Positions 50,494-61,399 of a stretch of 64,000 nucleotides of DNA are shown piece by piece. Numbering within the stretch: position 1 is the first letter of the stretch; each line of letters begins with the position of its first letter. The position numbers and the translations under genes are program-made. Below the pieces are notes generated by a model, which saw only the letters and a list, made by a program, of their open reading frames with translations, searched no databases and was not told the origin of the DNA. Where the stretch lies: assembly GCF_004010195.1 (NCBI RefSeq), contig NC_057718.1, forward strand, positions 61,094,233 through 61,158,232. Reading direction: 5' to 3'. This DNA comes from Chiloscyllium plagiosum (lineage: Eukaryota).

Positions 50494-52683
50494 GCCACTC
50501 ACCTGCTCAAGGACCACGCCATCCCCACGTCAATCTCTGCCCCCAAGTCGATCTCCGCCCCCACGCTGATATCGAGCATTTCTTCCGCCGCCTTCGCCTC
50601 CGTACCTACTTCTTCAACAAGGACTCTCGCCCACCCTCTAACGACCCCTTCTCCCACCTCCAACACACCCCATCCACCTGGACACCCCGTGTTGGCTTCT
50701 TACCCGCCTTCGATCTCTTCATATCAAACTGCCGCCGCGACATTGACTACCTCAACCTGTCCATCCCTCTCACCCACTCCAACCTCTCACCCTCACAACA
50801 CACAGCCCTCCACTCCCTCCGCTCCAACCCCAACCTCACCATCAAACCAGCAGACAAGGGAGGCGCAGTAGTAGTTTGGCGCACCGATCTTTACACCGCT
50901 GAAGTTAGATGCCAACTTGCGGACACCTCCCCCTAACCGCCCCCTTGACCATGACCCCACCTCACACCATCAAACCATCATCTCCCAGACCATCCATAAA
51001 CTCATCACCTGAGGGAATCTCCCATTCACTGCCTCCAACCTCATAGTCCCACAACCCCGCACCGCCCGTTTCTACCTCCTACCCAAAATCCACAAACCCG
51101 ACTGCCTTGGCCGACCCATTGTCTCAGCCTGCTCCTGCCCCACCAAACTCATCTCCACATACCTTGACACGGTCCTGTCCCCCTTAGTCCAACAACTCCC
51201 CACCTACGGTTCGGGACACCACTCACGCCCTCCACCTCCTCCATGATTTTCGCTTCCCCGGCCCCCAACGCCTTATCTTCACGATGGACATCCAGTCCCT
51301 ATACACTTCCATCCCCCATCACAAAGGCCTCCAAGCTCTTCGCTTCTTCCTCTTCCGCCAACCCAACCAGTACCCTTCCACTGACACCCTCCTTTGACTG
51401 ACTGAACTGGTCCTCACTCTTAACAACTTCTCCTTCCAATCCTCCCACATCCCCCAAATCAAAGGAGTAGCCATGGGCACCTGCATGGGCCCCAGTTATG
51501 CCTGCCTCTTCATAGGATATGTGGAACAGTCCGTCTTCCGCAGCTACACTGGCACCATCTTCCGCAGCTACACTGGCACCACCCCCCACCTTTTCCTCCG
51601 CTACATCGATGATTGTGTCGGCGCTACCTCGTGAACAGTTCATCCACTTTATTAACACCTTCCACCCTAACCTCAAATTTACCTGGAACGTCTCAGACTC
51701 CTTCCTCCACTTCCTTGATTCTCCATTTCTATCTCGGGTGACTGACTCAGCACAGACACTTACTACAAACCGACCAACTCCCACAGCTACCTAGATTACA
51801 CATTCTCCCACCCTGCCCCCTGTAAAAATGCCATCCCATATTCCCAATTCCTCTGCCTCCGCCGCATCTGCTCCCAGGAGGACCAATTCCAATACCAAAC
51901 AACTCAAATCGCCTCCTTCTTCAAAGACCGCAATTTCCCCTCCGATGTGGTCGACGACGCTCTCCACCGCATCTCCTCCACTTCCCCCACCTCCGCCCTT
52001 GAACCCTGCCCCTCCAATCGCCACCTTCCACCCCACCAACCTCCGGATACATCATATCATCCTCTATCATTTCCACCACCTCCAGACAGACCCCACCACC
52101 AGGGATATATTTCCCTCTCAGGAGAGACCACTCCCTCCGCGACTCCCTCATCAGGTCCACACCCATCACCAACCCAACCTCCACTCCCGGTACCTTTCCC
52201 TGCAACCACAAGATGTGCAAAACTTGCACCCACACCTCCCCCCCTCACCTCCCTCTAAGGTCCCAATGGATCCTTCTATATCCATCGCAAATTCACTTGC
52301 ACCTCCACACACATCATATACTGCATCCACTGCACCTGATGTGGTCTTCTCTACATTGGGGAGACAGGCTGCCTACTTGCGGAACATTTCAGGGAACACC
52401 TCTGGGACACCCGCACCAACCAACCCAACTGCGCCGTGGCTGAACACTTTAGCTCCCCTCCCACTCCGCCAATGACATGCAGGTCCTTGGCCTCCTCCAT
52501 CGCCAGACCCTGGCCACAGGACACCTGGAGGAAGAGCGCCTCATCTTCCGCCTAGGAACACTCCAAGCGCCCCTCCCCCAAATTCCCTCTCCCCTACCTG
52601 TTATCTCAGCCCGTTTGGCACACCAGCCTCATTCCTGAAGAAGGGCTTATGCCAGAAACGTCGATTCTCCTGCTCCTTGGATG
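50494..52683 (+). mobile_element. PLE family 1, right arm of palindrome (RT + GIY-YIG pseudogene)
   Basis: TIKPADKGGAVVVW, LPKIHKP, FLRYIDD; FTCTSTHIIYCIHCT*CGLLYIGETG at ~52290-52370. Confidence 0.95.
52631..52666 (+). ncRNA. Minimal hammerhead ribozyme (PLE family 1), stem II closing pair mismatched
   Basis: AUUC-CUGAAGA-A-GGGC-uuau-GCCA-GAAAC-GUC-GAUU. Confidence 0.7.
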
Positions 52684-52841
52684 TTCTACATTCTGCCAAA
52701 CTCCACTTTCAGCCCTAGCCTGCTGAATCTATTGACTGACCCATCTCTGTAACAGTTAAGGACCAGACAGTCTGAAAATCCTGCACCGGTTGTGATCTCC
52801 AACCCACAAACGTTTGCCCTCAGTGGAGAGTTTAGAGCCAA

Positions 52842-53202
52842 GGGGAAGCTATGGCCTAGTTGTATTATTCCAGGGTGATTAATCCAGAGACCCAGGTTAT
52901 GTTTGAGGGAACTGAGTTAGAATCTTGCCATGCCAAATGGTGGAATTTGAATTGAGTCTTTAAAACGAAAATCTGGAATTGAGGGTCTAATGAAAGCCAT
53001 CATTAATTGTTGGGAAAAATACCTAATCTGGTTTACGAATGTTCTTTAAGGACGGAAACTGTTGACCTTACCTGATCCGGAAAGCATGTGACTCCAGACT
53101 CACAGCAATGTAATTAACTCTTAACTGCCCTCTGGCCAATTAAGTACGGGCAATGAATGCTGGCCTGGCTAGAGACACCTACATTGGAAATAAATAAAAA
53201 AA
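52842..53202 (+). mobile_element. tRNA-headed SINE (LINE-B derivative)
   Basis: A box TGGCCTAGTTG, B-box-like GAGTTAGAATC, body 'catgtgactccagactcacagcaatg', LINE-B tail. Confidence 0.85.
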
Positions 53203-53204
53203 TA

Positions 53205-53470
53205 GAGGGACCAAATTTAAAAATAAGATAGATGCCACTTAGTTCCAAAATGGGGAGAAAATGTTGCTCAGAGGCTTATTGACACACTTTGCAACACTTC
53301 CCCCAGAAGACTCTGGAAGCTCAGAAAGTACAGATTGATAGGTTTCTGTTTACCATTGGTGCATACAGTTGTGGAAATGATATTGAAATGTTTGATCAGC
53401 CATGATCATATTGAATGGCTGGGCAGGCATAACAGACTGAATGATCTACTCCTGTTCCTGTGTTTCTATA
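53205..53470 (+). mobile_element. Old CR1 3' fragment
   Basis: 'gatcagccatgatcatattgaatgg...ctgaatgatctactcctgttcct'. Confidence 0.7.
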
Positions 53471-53973
53471 TTCTATGATAGATTCACCATTCAGAATGGG
53501 GTTCTCCGCATGAAATCCAGCCCGAAGTGTATCACAACATATAAAACATATACAACATATACATATATATATAAACATTCACTCTGAAATCAAACAAATC
53601 TGTCCATTATTAATGATAATGAATGCACAAATCAATAGGATGTAAAAATGCAAAAATCATGATCTCTTTGATCACTCATTGTAAATTTATTACTGTCATA
53701 ATTCTGTCAATTAACAATCATCTAGCTAATAAAAAAAGCAGGGTATAATTTAAATTATGCAAACATGCACCATGCATAACATCTTTCCCCACTTCCACTG
53801 CTTTCAATTAATATTTCCATAGTAGTTGGTCAAACCTAAAAATATGTCATTAAACTTAACACTCCCAAGGACATTACAGAGTTTCAGGAGAATTGAAAGA
53901 TATTTTATGCAATAGATTCAGCTAGATTGTACAATGTCCAATATCAAGATTAAAACTTCTACTGCCATAAATT

Positions 53974-54605
53974 TCCAAGATGGCGGCGGAGTAGCACTAC
54001 GGTATTACACCTTCTGGTCCAAGGCTCATTCGTTTCCATTTGCTTTCTTTATTTCTTTTCTTTTTCTTGCTACTTTTGCTCTTTTCCTTTTGCTCTCTTT
54101 CTTTTACCACTCTATAAAAAACAGTTTCAGCGTCTTCAGCAAGGCGAGTACAGGCCTGGCCTCTCGAGCATGAGTGTCCGTGTTGGTGCTCAGCACAGAG
54201 GGGAGAACAAGCCCAGTGCAGGGGACAGTGAGCCCTGAGATGACGTCAGCAAGGTAAGGCAGCGGCAAAAGATTGTTCCTGAGGATTAGCGTCTCCTTTG
54301 TTGGCTGGATCCGCCGAAGCAGTGGCAGGAAGGTACTACGTGATCATCAACCATAGTGATAGTCTCCGATGTTGGTGTGTCCAGCCAGGGTGGTGGCAAA
54401 GGAGTATCGGCTCTATGGCAAAAGATGGTGCCTGAAGGTCGGCGATTTCGTTATTAGTTGAACCTGCCGAGGTTACATCTTTTCATTTACTCTTTGTCTT
54501 AAACTATCAAAATGGCACCAGATTATGAAAACAAATGAAAGCTTTTCACTGTATTTTATTGTATTTTTCTGGGAAAGCATGAGACAATAAATCATTCATT
54601 CATTC
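53974..54605 (+). mobile_element. Non-autonomous element: CAAGATGGCG start, non-coding body, Rex1-like tail
   Basis: Starts tccaagatggcggcgg; ends 'ttttcactgta...gacaataaa(tcat)n'. Confidence 0.6.
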
Positions 54606-55734
54606 AAATCTGACAAATTCCAGTTGCCTTAATATAGTAATTGTATTTTACAAAGTGTTCATTGAACACACTGCGACATTAAAGATTCATTTTCAACAGT
54701 GCAAAAATGTGGTAGTGATCATATAACTCCAGAGTCAGATCTTAATTTGGTTCCACTATGGGTGCATTGAGTATGCCCATTTCATAATGCTTGGGTTTGA
54801 TGTTACATTGAGGTTAACAGCAATGCAATAAGCAGCCATGCTGGCAAATGCATATTTTCTTTTAGAAACCTTGAAAATCTTATGATGGTAAAACAGTTGT
54901 TTTCATATTTGAAGGAAGTGGGGACTGCGCTTTTTCATTGTCTTGGGGACAGTGTATACATTTCTGAAAGATGTGATAAGGCACTGTATAAATGCTAGTC
55001 CTACTTTTAAAGCATTCTAACTATCCTGGCTGAGAAGGAAGGACTGTGCCTGTGTGTAAGGACACAAGCACCGGATTTTCTCACAACAGTGAAAATACAG
55101 ACTGGCAGCCAACATACATAAGTAATGCTCTATCAATCGCTCTCCACAGTTAATGGTTTCCAATCATCTGTGTTATGACAATTACAACAGTATTGATTCA
55201 AGTTTAATTGAACATGATTTTCAATGAAATACAACAACAAAGTAAGTTTCCAGAATATTGTACATCATCAGCAGCTTTTTCCAGAACAGATTTATTGTAT
55301 TGTATGTCATGCCATCATAAACTACATCAAATTAAACTTGCTTGAAATAAAAATGAGCCTTGACCTCAGCAATGGTTTCTCCTGCATGATGTCACATTGC
55401 CTCTTTATAGGCTAGTTCATTTAATCCCTCAACAAGCCAACATGTACTGGAACTAAGTCCTCAATTTATTTCCTTTATATTCCCAACTCGATGCATTTGA
55501 GTACAATGTGCCACTGAGCACTTCCTCTGCAGGTTCTGAACCACTTCTCACACTACAACGGGTCTCAACCTTTGTCTCTTGTCTCACTATAATTCTTGTT
55601 GGTTTTTTGCCCTATGAAATCTTTTGTTAAATAATTCCTATGTCCTTCAATTTATCAAACATCTTCTCCCATATTATTACTGCCCATTCTCCTTCCAACA
55701 ACTTAAAAACTTATATATTCCTGTTTCCTTTCTG

Positions 55735-55815
55735 TTCTGGTGAGAGGTCATTGACATAAAATGTCAGTTTTGTTTCTCTCCACAGATGCTGACTGACCTG
55801 TTGTGTATTTCTACA
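55735..55815 (+). mobile_element. Old PLE terminal remnant (family 4), degenerate hammerhead
   Basis: ctggtga-gaggtca-t-tgac-ataaaatgtc followed by 'tctctccacagatgctgactgacctg'. Confidence 0.5.
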
Positions 55816-55954
55816 GTATTGTGACAGGAGAGGTCTCGCACTAATCCTCAAGCTTCAGTTATACAGAGGCGTATAGTTGATTTATCCTCCTTGCTGCCTT
55901 TCCTTCAGGAAATAAAGACAGTGTTGTGTTACTTGTATAGAAATGGGAATTAAT

Positions 55955-56450
55955 TGATTTGATTTGATTTATTATTGTCACTTGCACCTAGGTAAAGTGA
56001 AAACTTTTGGTTTGTGTGCACTACAGTCAGATCGTACATGAAAAGTGCATTAGGTTATTAGAACGGAGCAAAGAATACAACTTTAAGACTGCAGAGAAGG
56101 TCCTCAAAGAATAAGATCAACATTAAATTTAAAATTTGAGAGATGCATTCAGAAGTCTAATACCAGTGAAGCTATTCTTGAACCTGTTGGTATGTATGTT
56201 TAAGCTTTTGTATCTTCTGCCCAACAGAAGAGGTTGGAAGAGATTATAACCGGGTTGGGAGGGGTCTTTGATTATGTTGGCTGCCTTTCCAAGGCAATGG
56301 GAGGGGTAGATGGAGTCAACGGATAGAAGGTTGGCTTGTGTGATGGATTGGGCTATCTGCACAACTCCATAGATTCTTCCAATCCTGGGCAAAGCAGTTG
56401 CCATAACCATGATGCATCCTGATAGAATGCTTTCTCTGGTTGCTATGCAG
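55955..56450 (-). mobile_element. Rex1/Babar LINE 3' fragment
   Basis: ORF 56129..56524 'ESILSGCI...KAANIIKDPSQPGYNLFQPLLLGRRYKSL...RFKNSF..IRLLN'; (aaatc)n tail. Confidence 0.8.
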
Positions 56451-56589
56451 ATATATATTGGGGGTGCCATATTCACAGTTGCATTAGAATGAGAAGCTGA
56501 GCAACAATGCACGACTGACCACAAGTCACATGGAGCGGTGTAAGAAACTCACTCAATGAAGGCACAATATTTTGGATCTAAACGTGTGA

Positions 56590-57260
56590 TTGTTTCAAAC
56601 TTCTTGGAACCAAATGAGGAAACGTGGTGGTGCAAGGTGTTTGGAAAACTCAAACATTTTAAATATATTTAATGTTGAATCAGATTGAGAACAATCAACC
56701 TGAACTGATCAGGGAAAGGGAGAAATGCTGAGTGAAATTTTGTGAAAATGAAATAATGACCAGGAGTACAATCAGAGTCCAGCTATGGCCCTAATGAATT
56801 GGGATGCCGATAATGTCATAGAGGCATTTGTGAAGATCAAGCAAAAAGCTATTCTCCATAAAAACACGAATGAAAACAGAATCCAGCAGAGATGAACAAA
56901 ATGCTGACATTTCATTACTAAGTGGGAGATGACAGTAAAAACCCCAGACAGAACTGCTAAAGATTCAGCACCCACCTGTAGCCAGATTGAAATGATCAGA
57001 TTCCCTGATAGTAATTTTAAAGCCTGGAGCAGGAATCAGGTGAACCTGTTGATAATTTCATAACAAAATAGAAAAGTTGTGACAGAAAACAAAGATTTAA
57101 AAAAGCAGGTCTATTAGATCAGCTCATTTGGAGCTCTGCACACACAGAAATATTAAAATGATTGATTCAAAAGGACTAGTTCACAATAACATAGGTAATA
57201 GATGCTGTCAGACCAAATGAAATGTAGGCAGATAAAGATGCTGACAATTCAAACATTTAG
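56590..57260 (+). mobile_element. Possible very decayed Gypsy-type gag remnant
   Basis: EQESGEPVDNFIT at ~57027-57065 resembles the Q..GE.V..F...L gag motif; little else is readable. Confidence 0.3.
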
Positions 57261-57269
57261 CTTTAAGGT

Positions 57270-59400
57270 TTTTTTTCAAATATCATTTACGTTGGGCCTC
57301 CTATGCGCCTTTCAAATCGTTCTTGGGCAGATGGTCTACGCTATATTCTTGAACTGCTACAGTTTACTTATTGTAGTTACAGCTATAGTGCCATGAGAAG
57401 AGGAGTTCCAGGATTTTGAACCAAAGACACTGAAACAGTGGCCAAATATTGCCATGTCAAGATGGTGAATGGCTTGGAGGGCAACTTGTAGATGGTTTTA
57501 TAATGAGGTCAGGAACTGTGTGGTCCTGGCAGAACCTAAACCTAAAATAGCGAATAGATTATTGCTGAGCAAGACCTGACTAATAGTATTGTTCATGACT
57601 CCACTGATCACTTTACTGACAATTGAGAGTAGAATAATGGGGCGGTAATTGATCAGGTTGGATTTTTCCTGCCTGTGTGTACAGGATATATTTGGGAAAA
57701 ATTCCACATGGCCAATAAATGCCAATATTGTAACTATCTAACCAGGTACAGCTGCACCTGATTGTGGTTAGTTCTGGAGTGTACAACTTTAATTCTTTTC
57801 CCAGAATATTGAGGTTGTCTAGTATCTTGATATCACATGGGGTGAACAAAATTGGCTGAAGACTGGCATCTGCAATGTTGAGGATCACTGGTGGAAGCCA
57901 AGATGGATCATCCGTTCAACACATCTGCCTGAAATATACTGTGTCATCTTTTACACTAATGTGCTGAGCTCACCCATCATTGAGAATGGGGCTAGTTGCG
58001 GATCCTCTTCTTCCAATGAATTGTTTAATTGCAAACCATCATGCACAGCTGAATATGGCAGAACTGCAGAACTTAGACCTGACCTGTTGATTGTAGGCTT
58101 GTTTAACCCTGTCCAAAATGCTGCTTTGTCACTTCACCAAGTTGACACTTCATTGTTCGCTATATCTGGTGCTGCTCCTGGCATGTCCTCCTAAACTCTT
58201 CATTGAACCAGGGTTTAGTCCCCTGCTTGGATGGTAATGATGGAACAAGGGATATGCTGGGCCATGAGGTTGCAGATTGTGCTGGAGTATATTGATTTGT
58301 TATTGGCAGCCCACAGCACCTCATGGATAACTAGTCTTGAGCCACTAGATCTATTCAAGATCTGCCCCATTTAGCACAATCATAGTGCCACAGAATACGA
58401 TATAAGATATCCTCAATGTGAAGGCACGACTCTGCCTCCACAAAGACTGTCCGGTGGTCTCTCATCCCAATCCTTTCATGGCCAGATGCATCTGCAGTCA
58501 GCAGTTTTGTAAGGATGAAGTAAAGTATGTTTTTCCCTCTTGGTGGTTCCCTCACCATCTGCCAGAGACCCAGTCTATCAGTTATGCCCTTTCAGGTACA
58601 AACATCTTGATTAGTCACAAAGCTGCTGTGCTATTGTTAGTGACTGACATTGTAATCCTCTACATTCCGTGCCTTTGCCAACCTCAGTGCTTCCTCCAAA
58701 TGGTGTTTAAAAGGAGTATTAATACATTGGCTGAAAGGAGGGCAGGTCATGATAGTTAGAAGGAGATTTCCTAGCCCATGTTTGACTTGGTGCCATGAGA
58801 TGTTATAGACTGTGGATTCAATGTTGTGGCTTTCTAAGTCACTTCTCTCTTGGCTTTATACCATTGTGCTGCCAGCTCTGCTGCGCCTGTCCTGGCAGTG
58901 GGACCAGACATCTCCTGGGATTGTGCTGGAGTTGTCTGAGACACTACCTATAAGACATGATTGCAAGAATATGCTATATCAAGCTGTTGCTTGACTGACC
59001 TGTGAGATGCTTTCCCTCCTTTTGCAATAGCCTCCAGATATTAGCAAGGAGGATTTTGAATGGGCATCAGTGCTGTTTCTCATGCCTAAGTCAATCCGGG
59101 TGGTAGGTCTTGCTTTATTCCTTTAACTTTGTATTGCTTTGAGACAGCTAAGTAGCTTGCTAAACTATATCAGAGCACTGTTAAGAATCAACCACACTGT
59201 TGGACTCTAGAGTCATGCATAGTCTAAGTCAGGTCAGATTTTCTTCTCAAGAAGACAGCAGATGGAACTTTTTAGGACAATTGACAATGATTTGATGAGG
59301 CTTTTAATTCAACAAATTTTGATTTCAATTTCCATGATCTGCCATCTTGGGATTTGAACCTGGGTCTCCAGTTTATTAGAGTCATGGTTTAATGCAGTGA
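57270..59400 (-). mobile_element. Second LINE-B copy (older, RT centre deleted) retaining the tRNA-like head
   Basis: NYRPIILLSIVSKV; VREPPRGKNILYFILT; APE start KILLANIW at ~59060; B box GGTTCAAATCC at 59350-59360. Confidence 0.8.
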
Positions 59401-60639
59401 AATATCAGCAAATGAATGTGCACCAGACAGGGGGGAAAATGTGCAAAAGCTGTGAATGATCATGTGGGTCCACAGACAGAAAACAATGTCCTAGAAATCA
59501 ATCAAACTGCAGAGCTTGTGGATAGCACCATCACTCGGAAAAGATGTGCAGAACAAATAAAAGATGGTAGACAACTTACCCAAGTGAAAACACCAGGGGG
59601 GAATGAGAAACAAAATAAACCAAATACCCAGGTTCTGAAAGACAACAATAAGTGTGAGAACACGGCATAAGTAGGAACCATACAATTGTGTGAAACAGCT
59701 GGATGGCACTGTTCCTGGCGGAATAAAATCCACACAACCCATGAGATCAGGAATGGGATGAGAACTAAGATTACTACCATAAATCTGAAGCCAAAGGTTG
59801 ATTTTGAAGAACATTGTAACATAATACGTTCAGACTATTCTAGAAGGTCTTTTCTGAAAATCTGGAAGAAAATTGTTATCCAAGGAAAGATGCTCTGAAA
59901 TCAACCAACTCATGCTAATAGAATAACAAGGAAATAAGATTTAGCAGCTAGGAATAACACAAATCAAAGGGACACATAAAGTAAAAGACATTAGCCGCAT
60001 CTCCCATATCATAGAAATAGATGCTCTTGCTTGTCTAGAGTTGAGCAGTTGTCAAGAGCTGTACTTGATTTCAGTCAAACATGAGATGAAGGAGATGTCA
60101 TTGAGGCTCCATCCATTAAAAAGCACCCTCTGTGCAGAAGCAATGAAGATGAGGTACAAACGTACCCAGAGTGTTTTCCTGAGATAGTTGATGCTGAGAG
60201 GATTTCAAACAACACATCAGTATCGACCCAATGTAAAAGTCATTGATCCATTCCCCCATGTAAAATGCCAATTGAGTTAGAAGGGAAGTTTGAAAGAGAG
60301 CTCTAAGAGATTGAAGAAAATAAAACATTACCAGTGTTTTAAATTTATCCATTTGATAATTCCACGGGGGTAAGCAAAAATCCAATGTGATGGCCAAGAA
60401 TCTAGCTTAATGCAAAAGATGTAAATTAAACAAAGAAGAGGAATTATTACCCTAATCCAGCACTGATTATTTTGACCTACGTAGAGCTGGAAGACAGAAC
60501 ATATAGCAATGTCTCTCATAGGATACTTAGATTCACTATCAATAATCATGGCTGCTTGCATCAGATTGCAAAGAGCTTACAATGCCTAACACAACTCAGT
60601 ACATATCTTCAGGAGAGAATATGGAATGTCAATGTTAAT

Positions 60640-60995
60640 TGAGCAGCATGGTGGCTCAGTGGTTAGCACTGCTGCCTCACAGTGCCAGGGATCCGCATTC
60701 GATTCCAGTCTTGGGTAATTGTTTGTGTGGTGTTTGCACATTCTCCCTGTGTCTGCGTGGATTTCCTCCAGGTGCTCTGGTTTCCTCCCACAGTCCAAAG
60801 ATGTGCAGGTTAGGTGAATTGGCCATGCTAAATTGCCCGTAGTGTTCAGGGATGTGTAGGTTAAGTGCATTAGTCAGGGGTAAATAAAGGATTATAGGGT
60901 AAGGGAATGGGTCTGGGTGGATTAGTCTTCAGAGGGTCGGTGTGGACTTGTTGGGCCAAATGGCCTGTTTCCCCACTGCAGGGATTCTGTGATGA
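60640..60995 (+). mobile_element. HE1-type V-SINE, full length
   Basis: TGGCTCAGTGG A box, TTCGATTCC B box, V-domain 'gtttgcacattctccctgtgtctgcgtgg', CR1-type 3' end. Confidence 0.92.
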
Positions 60996-61399
60996 ATACT
61001 TTCCCCTAAATAGAAGCCTATCTTTTCTTGTATTACCTTCTCTGCATCCCAGGAAACAACAATCTATGTTACAGTTTAAACAGGTGACAGCCTCCCTGGC
61101 ACTCAGTCTATAAAAGATGTAAATAGAAACAAAAAATGCTCAATGTGCACAGCAAATTAGTCAGCATCTGTAAAGAGAAGTGCAGCCTTTTCAAAAATAT
61201 GGTATGTTCAGGAGATCTTCACCTCGGGATGTTAGAGTCACCGTTATATTGTGCCAAAGCAAATAAATCCCATTGAGGGTGATATTGTGACTGGCTGATA
61301 TCTGCTCATCATGGGTGGAACATTCTTGAACTCTAAGCTTAAGTACTTCTTGTTTCAGCAGCGGGAAGAGCAGGAACATTGACCGAGGGCTGATGGGAA

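Noticed and set aside
50178..50871. Pro/Ser/Thr-rich mucin-like ORFs
   Set aside because: Alternative frames of the C-rich PLE sequence and its 18-bp repeats.
989..52683. Recurrent 'gctgcctgacctgctg' repeat as a CRISPR-like array
   Set aside because: Dispersed, both orientations, no regular spacers; these are PLE termini in eukaryotic DNA.
47616..52697. TSD around the large PLE palindrome (tacactccag vs tacattctgc)
   Set aside because: Match is too short and imperfect to distinguish from chance.
60640..60715. Functional tRNA genes at SINE heads (also 49790-49855, 52842-52930, 44660-44730)
   Set aside because: No complete cloverleaf evident and each continues into a repeat body.
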